This document shows positions 38,219 through 52,606 of a DNA stretch of 64,000 bases, one piece after another. The translations under genes were made by a program, and so were the position numbers. The notes under the pieces were generated by a model that had not been told where the DNA came from, ran no database searches, and saw only the letters and a list, made by a program, of their open reading frames with translations. Each line of letters opens with the position of its first letter. Position 1 is the first letter of the stretch. Origin of the DNA: Saccostrea echinata (lineage: Eukaryota); NCBI RefSeq assembly GCF_033153115.1, contig NW_026889771.1, forward strand, positions 10,974,001 to 11,038,000, given 5' to 3'.

Positions 38219-40296
38219 TACAATGTATACAACACAAACATATACGAAAACGTTGATTTAAAACATATACCTTCGAGGGCTGTCCATAAATTTCGTGGAC
38301 CGTGACGTTTCTTCCAAAGTGAATAGTCTTAGATATACTTATTACATATCAAAATATATCTGTTATGAAAATCCAAGCTAGAAAAGTTTGGTTTTAAATT
38401 CTTCAATGTAATATTTTTCTAAATATCCCGATTTTTAAAGGTTGCAAATAGTGCATATTCGACCTAGGGATATAATATCATAAAGTTTTTGGATTCAAAT
38501 GATTATTTTCTTTAAAAAAAACCAAGGCCAAAACTTAATAGAAATTAAATGAGTATCAAATAAATTTCGTTTTAATATGGTTGAAACGACGTAAAAGACA
38601 GATTAGTTGTTTATACTGATGACGCTCGTAAATTTTCGTACATTGTATAAATTAAGAAAAAATACTCAGTTATGGTCTATATGTAATATTATCCTTCATA
38701 CTTAGCGGTGTGGCATGAGTAAAAAAAATGGCGTGTGTCCACAAATATGCGATAAAAATTCAAAATCCATAATTCTGACGTTATCATGAAACTAGCTTAG
38801 TGTCAGACTGGGCTGTGCAGCTTGCATATATAATCTATTTACACCTATATCCTTCGTAAATAGTGTGTATTAAATTTTTAAATTTACAATTTATTTAATT
38901 ATGTTCTATATCAAAATAATATCGTACACATTTGTACGGAAGCGTAAAGGTATCTTCACTTGTTGTACATGTGATATAGCGTGTATATTGTCTTATATTT
39001 CATATGAAGTTTATAACTCCTTATTTATGCACAAATATTGAATTTATTTATACACATATTTTGAATTGTATTTAGATGTTTTTACATGATTTAAGGCATC
39101 TTCTTTTTTTAATTGATTTTATAGCTATAAGTATTGTATTCTCTACTTTAAGAAATATTGAATTTACGATATTGATCAAAGCAAGATATTGTTAAAACTT
39201 GAATAACTAGTAATAAATTCATAAACGAAATAAATCCGAAAAATTCTGCAAATCTTTAGAACCACGTTACTTCATGAAAAATGAATTATATCTCACAAAC
39301 AGTGCATCCTAGATTAAGGAAACATGTAACATCAATTATGATAATAATTGAATTTATGTATTAAATGCGAGTATTTTCATGTGTGTAACATCTTCAGTGT
39401 ATAAAATGCGTTCTTAGATCCACGCCTGTTGGCTGTAAGACAAACATTTACTAGCCAATGGTTTAATGGGATATGGTCACGTGGTCAGCGGTGCGGATCA
39501 GAGCTCACGGATGTGATTTTTATATCACATCTTGTGGCCAATATTGTTTGTATGTGCCATCTTTTTGATATATTTTTCTTAAAAGGTTTGATTTTCTTGT
39601 TTTATATGTACTTTTTTCTATTCATTTTTTGGGGATCAGACAATTTCATATTTTGCGTAATTTAAATTCAGAGCTTGTGAGTCTGATCCCCTATTTGTAT
39701 GTAAGATGATTTACAGTGACATCGTCATTTGAATAAATGACATTATTCATCTCTATGAATGTGTTCTAGTCAATTATAAATATTCTAAGCAAAAACCAGC
39801 TGCGGTGAGCCTAACGAGCATTAGAAAACATAAATATGTTTAGTATTACTCAAGACAAACTTTATTAATGACAACCAAATTTTTATAAAATAATTTCTCT
39901 TTGGGTGTTGTCTATAATTTTTAGCAATGAATATTGAACGATTACTCAAGAAGGCAAATGGCACATATGTTTTTTGGTCAAATAATTATGTATAAGATAA
40001 TTAAATCATAATTGAACTCGTACCAGGGCATCGAAACACCTCATAAAAATTGCGTACTTACAGTACATAACTTACAGTATATAAACCATTCTATGTTCCA
40101 AAAATCAGCAGTAAGCTTACAAAACATCATCCAAGACATCAAAAGAATGCATAATACATACAATAAGCTTTACATGTTAATGTCGTCATAATAATTTTTC
40201 ATATTCGATATAACTAATTTGTTTTGGCAGCGACAGTGTTTTGTACAATACTTAACTAGTCGAATGCAGCATTTCAGATAACATGCTACCTTAGAG

Positions 40297-40302
<6 letters not shown>

Positions 40303-40360
<58 letters not shown>
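40303..40360. repeat. Compound (TA)n(GA)n microsatellite
   Basis: Directly visible. Confidence 0.95.
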
Positions 40361-40363
<3 letters not shown>

Positions 40364-40865
40364 TGTCTGGTAAAATCGTGGACAATGTTTTTTGAATCGA
40401 AGAATATTGGGCGCACTAAGCTGCAGTTTTCAGCAAATATTTATTTATCAAATTTAAGTACATCAAAATATAATATTTGAATTGTACAGAGTAAGATCCT
40501 ACGGAGCACGATAAAAAAAATGCAGATTTCATTAGAGAATACGCAAATATTATTTCGAAATAAAAGTATTACATAAATATGGTTGGGGTAAAATTTGTCA
40601 CATTTGTAATTAACTATCTATTATGTCGTCATTTGGAAATTTCAAGGCGATTTGCTTAATTTTTAGCAGTTTACCGAGCATTTAAAATGGGAAAGTAGTC
40701 AACACAACACGCTAAAAATGGCGACGTTTGACGACGTTACGTCGCACCGGAGAGCAGTTCAGTTTGATATAGATGTAGTAATGACACCCTAAGAGACTTT
40801 AAATGACTTCAGAAGAGAAAAATATATAAAAATATCACTAGATCTTTAGTATACAAGTGAACTGG
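40358..40865. mobile_element. Left half of the mariner MITE family seen complete at 57567-58644
   Basis: ggttgtctggtaaaatcgtggacaa and the following ~500 bp align to 57571-58105, then the sequence switches abruptly to unit sequence. Confidence 0.85.
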
Positions 40866-41148
40866 AAAATATGTTAGCAGACAATCAAATTCCCCAAGGC
40901 GTCTCTCAAAGTGTGGATTACATCATAAACCATTCAAAACAGATCATTACTTCATAATGACTCAAGTGATAGCAAAGGGTGTTTTTATGATCTATTTCTA
41001 AGATAATATTGAGTTTTCTTCAAGGCAGTGAGTGGGTGAAATATAGTTCTGTTTGAACATTATCAAAGAGAATAAAAATTAACAAAGATATAACCATAAA
41101 TAAAGACAGGCATACTTATAACGAAATCCATTAGAACATGGACAATTT

Positions 41149-41152
<4 letters not shown>

Positions 41153-41195
<43 letters not shown>
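41153..41195. repeat. Poly(A) tract
   Basis: Directly visible; unit-3 specific. Confidence 0.9.
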
Positions 41196-41198
<3 letters not shown>

Positions 41199-43277
41199 GG
41201 TACAGATATGAATTTAACACTCCAATGCCTTGAAATCACAATTTTTTGTTTTGTGAGCTTCTAATGTTTTAAATTGATCACGTTATGTATTTCAAATCCC
41301 AAGAAATCTTGTTCCTGTCCATAGTTAAAGATCATAAGCTATTTCTATGCCAAAGTTCTGTTTTTAACGTCTCTCCATAACAAGTTGTAAATCTTGATTT
41401 ATATCGACTTAACTATACCAAAGGAGCCGATTCCTCGGTCAAGTATTCTGAAAGCTGATTACTGGCTGATTGTTTTATATAGTACTGCAAATATTTGTCC
41501 ATCAGATTAAATAAAAAAAATTAATGTCTAAAATGTACATTTTAGTATGTAATAAAATAAGCAAATCACCAGGACCTCGATTCTTTATAGAGGTCATGGA
41601 TTTTATAGGAAGCTTCTTCCCTATTTCACTTGTGCCAAGAATTTGTCTGCTTGATGCTCAAGAGTAGAGAAGATGCATTTCCAATATGACCAACTATGTG
41701 ACAGAAACACTGGACCCAACAAAATTAATATAGAGTTCAAACTCATCGTAAAAAAAACTTTACATGGTTAACTGTAGTTTTATACAGTAAACTATGGTTA
41801 ACTACTGTTAACTATATAGCAACTGTCTAAGATAGTATGTCGAAGTTTTTACTTAGTAAATCAATTTTTTAAGTTTTTATTTTTGCAAAATCAATTATTT
41901 TGTTAGAGTTAATCAAAGTTTTACTATAATCAATCAAATACTACTTTTTTTTCTTTAAACTCAAATTATTGATTTTTTTTATTCTAATTTTCAAACGCGA
42001 TCTTTAAAAGGAAATATAACTTAAATATTTCAATTTCATTTTCAAAAATTACCATCATTGGTTTGTGATGTGAGAAATATTAATGATGCAGAGGATAAAA
42101 AAAAGTCAAGTTTCATCTTGAATCTAAATGTCATAAGAAAGCTTCAAAATATCACAGTTAATCAAGGTATAAAAGTATTATCATAAAAGTAACATTATAA
42201 TAATAAACCAAGGTATTGAAGTATGTACTATTCTATATATTTTTCTGTTTAAGTATTGTTAATTATAGTCAGCTATAGTTTACGAAATTAATTACATGTT
42301 AGGGTACCGGTCTTTATAATGTAGCCCAGGAGTGAGTGGAAGCAAAAGATTTTTTTCATTTAAAAAGAAAAGGGGGGGGGTGATTTTAAATTCAGTCCTT
42401 CTAGAGAGAATCTGGAGTCCTCAAAATTTTTAGTCCGATTGACTAATGATACATATTAGTGACTCATGCGTGTAAAAATGAAAGAAAATCTTTTATTTCC
42501 AGTGATAATTAAATACGCTTATGATCATTAAAATCATTTTTTATTCTAATTTCATTTCTTTTGAATTCTAATTCGATCAGAAGACTTTCTTATGGAGCAA
42601 CTTAATTATTTTTTTTTCATATTGAAGCCGATGAATATCTTGCTATTGGAAAATTTCAATGAATACATTATATACCTCCTTTAAACGTTACTGAAGTCTA
42701 TTTGAATAAAAAACAGGATACATTTTTTTTACTAATTCATAGTTAAATATGCATTAATTGTAAGCTATGCATTTGACCTTTAACACAAACACTTGTCTTC
42801 TTTAATGTGTACAGTATTCTTGTATGTCTTATATGTTTACTCTCTTTGATTATAGCACGTAACATTATTGCCTTTGGCATTGCAGATAAACTAATTACCT
42901 CTTTTACCTCTTTTACATTTAAGCCATATTACATAAATAACGCACAGGTCAATACATTTCGCAGATACTCATGTAAAGAAGACATTGAAGTACTTTAAAC
43001 ACAAGCCAAAATCGCTGGATTACACTTTTACCACTAGAAGTAAAATCGTTCTGACCAATAAAAAGACACTATGTGAAATTAAAAATTGATTTTTTTTTTT
43101 TGGTCTCACTCTTGAATATCTTAATTCAGATGATAAGACATTTGGTAAACACCACGTGTAGACAGCATCTAATCTGCGATAGAGACTGCTCTGTGATACA
43201 GCTCTCTGTATTCAAAACATTAGTAACCCACAATTAAAGAGAGGTGAATGATATCAACACTTTAAACAACGGACATA

Positions 43278-44744
43278 ATGATTGGATTTTTGAGGTAGGT
43301 TAATTTACTTAAAGTTTATGTTAAATTTGGATTAAATTTACTTATTTTTCCCAGTCGCCCGCGTGACGCAGTGGTTAGAGCGTCACTCTGCTCTAGAGTC
43401 GCGGAGTAAGAAGTTGATCCTTACGTCGAGGGTTCGAATCCCACTGTGGGACGTGGAGACCGGTCCTTCGGATGAGACCGTATAAACCGAGGTCCCGTGT
43501 CGCAGTAGGTGCTGACACGAAAAAAATCCCTCACTGCTCAATGGCCGTAAGTAACGAGTATAGGACAAAATCTGCAGCTCTCAACCGGCAAGTGGTGGCG
43601 TCTCCATATGAGTGAAAAAATTCTCGAGAGGGACGTTAAACAATATACAAACAAAAAACTTATATTTCCCTTTAATTACATATGAATTATAGAGATTGTT
43701 AAGAAGAAAATTATCAATTATCAAAGGTTATTACTAATTATTTGTATTCATATTTTTTATCCGAATGTTTTCGAAACTGAAAATATCTATTTGAAACTAC
43801 TTCTATTTCAGTGTAAATGGTACACTTGGAACTATAAGCTTAATTGTGGATTTCATATTAAGTCAAAACAAAACCTATTACAGTGAAGAAATAAAACGAG
43901 ACATGCCTATATATCTACACCAAGACCACTTTGTTCTTGTTGTTACAATTACAGTGCTCGGAATTATTGGAAATGTACACCCACTTGTGAAGATGACATG
44001 GGACAAAAATTTCCAAAGTGCTGTATTTGTTGTTATTAAAACTATAAAATTCACAGATATTGTGAATTTGACACTTTACCTTGTTCATGCTGCATTTGAG
44101 TTTGCTAACTTTCGTCTTGAAAAAGTCCCATGTGCAACCTTTCTAGTTGTTTTTTATGGTGTTGCTCATACCTCTGCTGGTCATGTGGTTTCTCTATTTG
44201 GACTTCGGTGTTATTTGTATCGGAGCCAATAAAATTCAATCAGTTACGGAAGCGAACAATTATCGTCTCATCTGCTGCAATATGGGTCGTAAGCATATTA
44301 TTCTCGACATTTTATTTTGTTCTACGATACAAAGCAGGAATACAGACACCTAGTTATGTGATTATAGTATTTCGAGTTTACCTTATTATTGTTCCTGTCC
44401 TGCTCATTATTATTTTCCACGTAAAGAAGATACATCGTCTCAAGCGCACATTGAGCAAACACAATATAGAATACAACATTATCAAGATGTCCCTTGTGAC
44501 GTCATTAATTCTTATCATGTACATTTTCCTTGTGTGCTACATCTTTTCATTATATAGACCTAAAAGCACAGAGAAAGAATTTCTTATTGTTGCACAACTG
44601 GCTTGGTTACTTAATGCAGTGATGAGTCCATTTATTTATGTTGCTTCGGCACTGTGCTTTCATAAATGTTTCAAATACCGGTTAACAGCTTTTCAATCAA
44701 TTACATGTCTACGTATACTTGAGCAAACGGAAGCGGGGATATAA
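43278..44744 (+). pseudogene. GPCR copy 3, pseudogene
   Basis: Exon 43278-43294 plus exon from 43812; 1-nt deletion near 44215 (just after LRCY) splits ORFs 43846..44232 and 44130..44744; additional 15-nt in-frame deletion in TM6; SINE in intron. Confidence 0.88.
43353..43657 (+). mobile_element. Full-length tRNA-derived SINE in GPCR copy 3 intron
   Basis: A box TGACGCAGTGG, B box GGTTCGAATCCC, (ACAA) tail, 13-bp target-site duplication (TSD) acttatttttccc/acttatatttccc; empty site at ~30173 and ~56391. Confidence 0.92.
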
Positions 44745-46979
44745 TGTTCAATCCCATACTTTGCGCGCGAATTTTGACGTTTATACAAGGACCAAAATAA
44801 GCACTATTTGCTTTTCCTGTTGTTCAAAATGTTCTTCACATTCAACAGGATGGATAGATGGGTATTACATGTAACGCTGCATGCCATCTTTTACTGGTAC
44901 AATGGAAAGGCCAATATCATTGAATTGTTGAAAAAAGCATTGGTACAAGGTACAGTGACAATATATGTAAAGGTTTTATAACTGTCCTGGTCTGAAGAAG
45001 AATAAGGCTAGTAGTCCTGGAAAATTTTTGCAGTAATGCATACATGATAAATTTTTCACATCAATTGTGTCTTTTCTTAAAGTAAAAGAAATATTCAATG
45101 TTAGATGTATATAACTTTTTATTGAGAAATAAAATGTACAGTTATGAAAAATATACTAGTTATTTCAATTCTTAACTTCTGAAAAGATTGCACACATATC
45201 TAAGTGATGATTTCCAGTTAGCAAACTTTTAAGAAACGTTAAATAAACACAGTAACTTGTAGTTAATTTGAAACAAACCTATAAGTAATGAGGGATCGAG
45301 TGACCTGATACTTTTAACCCAGTCGCTTTTAAAGCAATTATGCATGTATGAATACATTTGAAAACTAAATCTAGTCATAGGATTTTTATTTTACAGGCTG
45401 CTTTTAATCAATTATATTATCAGATCTTCTTTAAGCTTTCATTTTTCATTAAGACAACAACAACTTGGAAAACAAAATTATTTAAAAGAAAATGATGAAT
45501 AATCGGTGGGGGGGGGGGGGTGGAGGAGGGCGTTCAGATACAAGAGTTGACTAAAATAAGAATTAATTTTCTTTTCCGTATGGTGGATATCTTTTATTGA
45601 AGAGAAATAAGCCTTCTACCATGTGTCATGCCTGATTCATAAGGTCGCAATCTCTTTGTTACGCTCCGAAATTCGGATAGTCGCTGTAGAGCGAGTATCA
45701 GAATTTTGGAGCGTAACAACTAACAAAGATCTTATTTTAATCAGATTAATATGGGGACCTACTTTTGGCAATGTGTTTGGTTCCTCAGACTTGGTTTTTG
45801 ATGATTTCTATCTGTGAAAAAAATTCCTCATAGTTAAATGCTTTACGATATCATGGAGCGAATGTAAAGTTTCCTTTCTTGAAAAGTTTAGATATACATG
45901 TAATAGCACTTTACCATGAAAATATAAAAGGATAAACACAATTGACTGCAACTTTTTTAAAAAAAGGATGGACGGCAATAGAACTATAGAAAACTATAGA
46001 AAATCAATCTTATCTCTTTTCTTTCGGTGGAGGTAACTGCTTGCACTGTTCAAATAACTTAATTTTCAATAAAGCAAGACTTTTTTTTAAAAAATTTTCT
46101 CCTCCAAGTTCCTTTTTTGCAAAGGAGGAAAACATATAAATCATAACGTGAGTGAGAACACAGCTTACATTTTGTGATTGAACTTTCAAAAGATCACTCA
46201 AATGTTCTCGGCTAATGTGCCATTAAGATTACAGTCAAAATCATGTGGCCACTCACACAGATAACAACATCTCTAGTATGAATCACAAACTGACCATCAG
46301 CAGGTACCTAAGCTATAAAATTGCCGCATTAAAGCATTTTTGAGATGTTAAGTGGTGATTTTATAGGCATTAGCAGATAAATCATGGACACTTCAGTGTC
46401 TTTTAATCATCTTCGTTTGAAATATCTTAATATGTATGGCTGCTAATAAAAATATTTATGATATAGGTAAAAACCTGGTTTTTTCCGAGGATGAGCACTG
46501 AACAACAGATTAATTCTGGAGAAAAATATTTATTTAACTGCTGTTTTGTGAATGGGAACTTCTAAAATAATCTTATTTAATATCATAAACGTTAGCGAGA
46601 TGTAAATCTCTGTACAATAATAAATTGTTCACTAATACAATTTTTATACAAATGCAAAAAAAAAAAAAAAATAAGTTTAGAAAAATTGTAGAAGTTTTAC
46701 CATATATCATACATCTTTAACGTTTAAAATGAAGTGCCTTTTAGGAGATCAGAAGTTAGAATCTGTTTTTCACTATTCAAATAGAGGACCTATTCTGTGG
46801 TTGGTACACTTTTCAAATTACCGAAAGTATCCTAATTTAGTTTTTTTTTGAAAACTAAATTGACTCAGAACGTGTAGGAAAAGCGAATGAAATGTTACTT
46901 ACAAGAAATCAGGACATGCCACCCTTAAGCTAACCCGTCCAAAATTTTGGCAGTGCAAATGATACTGTTATAAGAGGTA

Positions 46980-47630
46980 CCTAGTAAAAACAGCCGGATA
47001 ATAAGCAGAAACCTATCTTTCAGCCATCTTTGGTCAGAGGTGAGATCTGGGAGTGACCAGTTGACAAGACATGAAACCTCTATAAATAGTGGTCTTTGAT
47101 TCTACTCCTTTTTTACGGTCAATTGATCAGTCACAGACCTCAGCCAAGATCAAAGATGGCGGTCGAAATACGGGATTTTGCATGATGTCAAGCCCCTTGT
47201 GCTATGTTCCCTTATACATGTAATGGTATTATACTTTCTCTCACCATTTTTGGCCGTGCTAGCTATAGTGATAACAGGTCTTGTAAATTCATTTTTTTGA
47301 TTATCAACTGGTCAATCCCAGACATAACACTGACCAAAGATGAGGTTCGAAATTCGAGATTGTGGATGTTGTCCAGCTCCTTGCACTAAGTTAATTCTTT
47401 TATACTAGTTCTATACGCACGCTCACCATTTATTGCCGAGCTAGATATAGAAATTACAGGTCTTGTAAACTCAATTCCTAGCTGTTAACAGCCACTTAGT
47501 CTGTCCAAGACCCCTGACCAAAGATGGAGTCGAAATATGGAATTCTGGATATTGTCTAGCCCCTAGTACTAGGTTTTTCCTATAATTAGTAATATATACA
47601 TAGCTACCATTTCGGCCAGGCTAGCTTTAT
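46980..47630. repeat. ~180-bp monomer array (unit 3)
   Basis: Homologous to 19770-20730. Confidence 0.75.
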
Positions 47631-49180
47631 GGGTTAGGATTTTGTGTCTTTTTTATAAATGAGGTCTTTGATTCCTTTTTCCTACATATGTTAAATTAAG
47701 TCAATTTATTTTTTCGATAAATTATTTATTAGGACACTAACGGTTTGAAACGTGCATCCACCACAGAATATGACTTGCTATTTGAATAGTGAATAAGGAA
47801 CAGCAAATAATAAATAAGTGAATAATGAACAGCAAATAATAAATAAATAAGTCTCTAACTTCTGATTCCATAAATATTATACACACGTTTTTCTAGAATT
47901 AAAATGCTTGCTATTATTTTGACATTCATTCTATTAATTTTGTAGAGGCTGTGTATGTTCCGTAGCATTATCTGGAGAATATCCTGTTTATCAGAATTCC
48001 TCATCAATTTTAAGAACAGAATACATGTACATGTATTAAGTTTTAATGATCTGGTATATACAAACAGAATGCATGTGCATGTATTTTGATGGGATTCATT
48101 TTTTTTTAAATTTAGATCAATATTTAATAGTTGGCTATTTTTTTTCTTTCAAACCTCTAAAATAATTGACACAGAATTTTCAGCCTAAATTTAATTAAAT
48201 GACTAAGGATACGTGAAGATCTTAGGTCAAATACCAAATGATGTAACATCCTTGAAACAAAGGGCAATTTTATACCTTATCAAAATCACAGAAATTAAGC
48301 TTTTTAACACCAAATGATGTAACATCCTTGACTGCCATCTTTGTAAAGTCTACATGTCTCGATCAATTTACTGTGAAATCTAAATTTTTTGTGGGGGTTT
48401 AAATTTCGTTGCTTTGAAATATCTATGTCCTCAAAGAAATATTCCTAATTTTCATATAAGAACTCAATACTTCTTCAACCACAAAATCAAAACCCCACGA
48501 AATTATATTTTTTCTTCAAACCATGAAAATTTGATCCCACGTGTGATTTTACAGTATATACATGTATGTATTTTTGTTTACTTAATAATAACATTTTCAC
48601 GGATATACACAAATTTCTCACTTGTACTATCAGATAGATAGATTAATTATTACGGAAAAAAATAAGATCCTTTCATATATTATTGATAGCCGATTCTGAA
48701 AAGAGTATTTCACAGATGTAAAGGAATTGAAAGAAACTAGACAAGTATGTCGCTAGCAAGGGAAGAATTTTGGCCTTTCAAAATTCCTCCATCTAAAACA
48801 ATTTTTATTAAATCTAATTTTATTGATCTTCAAGACAGGAGAGGGCACCCATATCCTTATTTTAATAACTTTGAGAGTTGAATGGCTGTGATTTGCAACT
48901 GTTGTCTTTGTGTGGAGTAATTCTTTTTGAAACATCGCTGAAGGCGTGCAACCCGAGTCAACTTTTCGGGGGAGGGGGGATGATGGGATATCTTTGATTC
49001 TCCACTCAATTTTCCCAAACATGCCAAAACAAATTTCATATTTCGCAATGCATGCCAGTGTATTTTAAGCTTCACAGTTGCTTGAAAATCAAGATAATTC
49101 ACAAGCACAGCAGGTAAAAATATCATAAACCTTCATCTAGAAAAAAAATAATGGCATCAACTGATATCACACTGGGTTTT

Positions 49181-49183
<3 letters not shown>

Positions 49184-49218
<35 letters not shown>
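49184..49218. repeat. (CA)n microsatellite
   Basis: Directly visible; marks the end of unit-3 homology. Confidence 0.95.
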
Positions 49219-49220
<2 letters not shown>

Positions 49221-50101
49221 GTTATTAAAAGAGTAAATTTATAAACATTTTTAAATTATTGGGAATTGTGACTTATTTCTTATTTGTTTTGTTTGTGTTT
49301 TCCTGGCAATGGTGTCAACACCTGAGGTTTCAATCGCCTTCGGGCATGATTAGCAGAAAGTCAATGCATGTTATTTATAGGTATCAGTGTTACACATCAC
49401 TGAACATGCTGGTCAACAATGACACTAATTTCAATCTATGTACTGCAAAAAATCTTCGTTTATTTCGGGATTAATTAATTTTGAACATAATCTGAGGGTT
49501 CCATTCGCGTGATTTACAGATATACACTCAAACGTTTATATAATAAAAGTATTATTGTTTTCTGTTACATAGATAATCTAATGATAATTAAATTGGCAAG
49601 TCAGTGAAAATAATCATGACTGAAATATAATACTCAAAGAATTTTTCAAAAGCTCCAGTACTTAAGAAAACTGCATTCAGAGTATAGTATGGAAATCGGC
49701 CTTGCTCTATAATTATAAGGTCTATTTAAAGCTAGTTTTGATAGAAAGTAAATAACTCAAGTTTAATAAAAAATAAATAAATAAATATATATGGAAACCA
49801 ATATCAATCACAGTAAATTAAGAAAATTGATTTATTTTGGTGAAAAATTAATATACCACAAAACTGTGTTTAAATATTCATGTTATTTGTAGGTGTGAAC
49901 GTCTTCTTTGTTCAATATTTATTATTTGTTCTATACGCATAGTGTGATTTTCTTAAAAGTTCAAAAATGACTGTCGCATGAGAATTGATACTGCTCAGAA
50001 AGAAATGGATCATCAATTTCAACTGCCTTTTATAGTTACATTGTTTATTGGTAATCTCAATTCTGAGTAAGTTCCGCCCATTAAATTAGTTAAACCCGCC
50101 C

Positions 50102-50180
50102 ACTGGGACCGCTGGGACTGCTTTCTGGGACCGCTGGGACCGCTGTGGGACTGCTCTGGGACCGCTATGGGACTGCTCTG
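50102..50180. repeat. Short GC-rich tandem repeat (ctgggaccg/ctgggactg)
   Basis: About seven copies of gggacYgct with short variable linkers. Confidence 0.8.
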
Positions 50181-51477
50181 CGATAATTAATTCGTTCAAT
50201 TATGTAAATCACACTTCACCAGAGTACACCCGATAGACCGGACGCAATTCATAGCGCTCCGGATTTCTTTGTTCACAACTGTTTATAAACTCCAAATTAA
50301 ACATGTAACATTGTAAATATTTAGTGTTTGGTAGTTTAGTAGTAGAGCTAGTTGTTTTTGCTTCTCTATTTCCTTTGTTTTTATGACTTCTTAACTTTTT
50401 TCTTTGTCCTGAGGAAGGGACAGGTCATCCCGAAAATTTGACAATTATTATTGTTCGTGNNNNNNNNNNNNNNNNNNNNNNNNNNNNNNNNNNNNNNNNN
50501 NNNNNNNNNNNNNNNNNNNNNNNNNNNNNNNNNNNNNNNNNNNNNNNNNNNNNNNNNNNNNNNNNNNNNNNNNNNNNNNNNNNNNNNNNNNNNNNNNNNN
50601 NNNNNNNNNNNNNNNNNNNNNNNNNNNNNNNNNNNNNNNNNNNNNNNNNNNNNNNNNNNNNNNNNNNNNNNNNNNNNNNNNNNNNNNNNNNNNNNNNNNN
50701 NNNNNNNNNNNNNNNNNNNNNAATTGTAACTTGTCAGGATCTTCCTGACCAAACAGTTGGTTGCATGACCGGCTAACCGTTGCAATCCCTATAAAATTAA
50801 TTAATAAGTGAAATAGAAAAGGAAACTAAAAAAACACAAGCATTAATATAGAGCGCATTGCTTTGTTTGAAGAAATATCGGAATTTAAAGACAATAATTA
50901 CATGTATACAACAATTTCGCTCTTTTAGCTATACTTCTTTAATTTATATAAACTCCTTAAGGCTTAATAATCTTTTTAGATAATTAAAACCCTGTTATAC
51001 CTAATTATTCCAATTATTTGAATTTAGAAAGTATTTTAGTACAGAATTATGATTTTGTGAGTTTTTTGTCGATGCAAGGAGCAGTGCAATTTGGCGTAAA
51101 GAAAACTGTTAATGTACACATACTGTAATTGTAACTGTTGCTATCTTGTGTAGCGTGGCAGTATGGACTTGTACATTCCTATAGATAAAAAATGTTAGCA
51201 GACAAACAAATTCCCCAAGGCGTCTCTCAAAGTGTGCATTACATCATTCAAAACAGATCGTTACTTCAAAATGACTCAAGTAAAAACAAAGGATAACTTA
51301 TGATTTATTTCTGAGATAATATTGAGCGTTTTTTTTTTTCAAGTCAGCGAGTGGGTGATATATAATTCTATTTGAACATTATCAAAAAGAATCAAAATTA
51401 ACAAAGATATAACCAGGAATAAAGACAGGCATACTCATAACGAGACCCATTGGAACATGGCCACATTTTCTACAAAA

Positions 51478-52606
51478 GAACGAGTGCACTTATGGGCCCC
51501 AGTAAAATGTGGAAAAATGAAGTATCAAATTAAGCATAATTTTCCATCTCAGATCATTAATTGATATCTTAACCATAATATTCAACACATTTTATCGCTG
51601 AAATTCATGAATATACAAAGAGCATTTAGCCATACAATGTGGTAGGGGTCAGCCAACATTCGTGATTTTCCATAGTAAATCGAGGACGGTCATTCATTTC
51701 AAAGCTTTTGTTTACTATCAGCGTAACGTTGTACAAAATTGTGCGATTGACAAAAAACGCATTATACATTTATAAAACTTGTGTGAAAGTAGGAAATTTG
51801 TACAAGATTAGGCTTGTACTTGAAATATTAAAAATACATGAAAAGTTCAATGTTTTTCCTATAGCAAGCGAGAGCTATTTACCTGTATGACCTATGTTGA
51901 ACCCACCCGTGGAATAAATTATTTAAAATACCGGTAGTCACGTGAGTTCTACCCAGGTAAACATTCCTAAAAGATGCTCACCGTTAAAGAGAGCCACGTT
52001 TTGCTTCATATCGAGGTCATGCCGCATAGAGAAGTTTGTATGTATTTGGTTTTAGGTACACGGGAGGGTTAGCAGAGTTTAGTGTCTTTAAAATATCATC
52101 ATAAATAAAAGCGTCAAACATTTTAAAATTCAAGCAAAGCAATGCTACTGGTATTGAAAGCCACCTAATTACACTTTTTTATTTCAAAATTTAAAGAAAC
52201 TAATGTTAATACTTATTGTAGTATTTCAAATGCAAGCGTGCAAATTTCTTAGTTTGATCACTATGGCTACAGGCATCTATACAACTTCATTCGATTTTTT
52301 TTTCTCAGGTAAAATAGCGCAAGAAGTATCATTCGGCAAACGCGCCTGTGAATGATCCACCATCAGAATGTTTAAGTGTTCGATTCAAATGTCTCCTCCC
52401 CTTGATTTAAATAAATGAAACTCAAAATAGGTTCGGTACGACTTTTCCGGATTTTGGGTATCTATAGGGATTTCAAAAACTTCATTTGTTTCAAATCCTG
52501 ATTTAGGTGATGTTTTAACGTGATTTTAATTAGAAATATCCACTTGTGTTTAATCTATTGCCAAAAAAGAACAATTTGGTAATATATTCTAAAGTAATAC
52601 GGCACT
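51478..52606. mobile_element. Unit-4-specific ~1.1-kb insertion, unclassified
   Basis: Interrupts ttttctacaaaa|ggtacagacatg, which is contiguous in unit 2; only a weak gagtgc/gcactg terminal match. Confidence 0.5.

Noticed and set aside
39335-39780. Possible additional element with internal inverted repeats in unit 2
   Set aside because: It appears absent from unit 1, but the termini could not be defined well enough to call.
43353-43450. Possible tRNA gene
   Set aside because: The A and B boxes are followed by a SINE body, tail and TSD, and I could not build a convincing cloverleaf.
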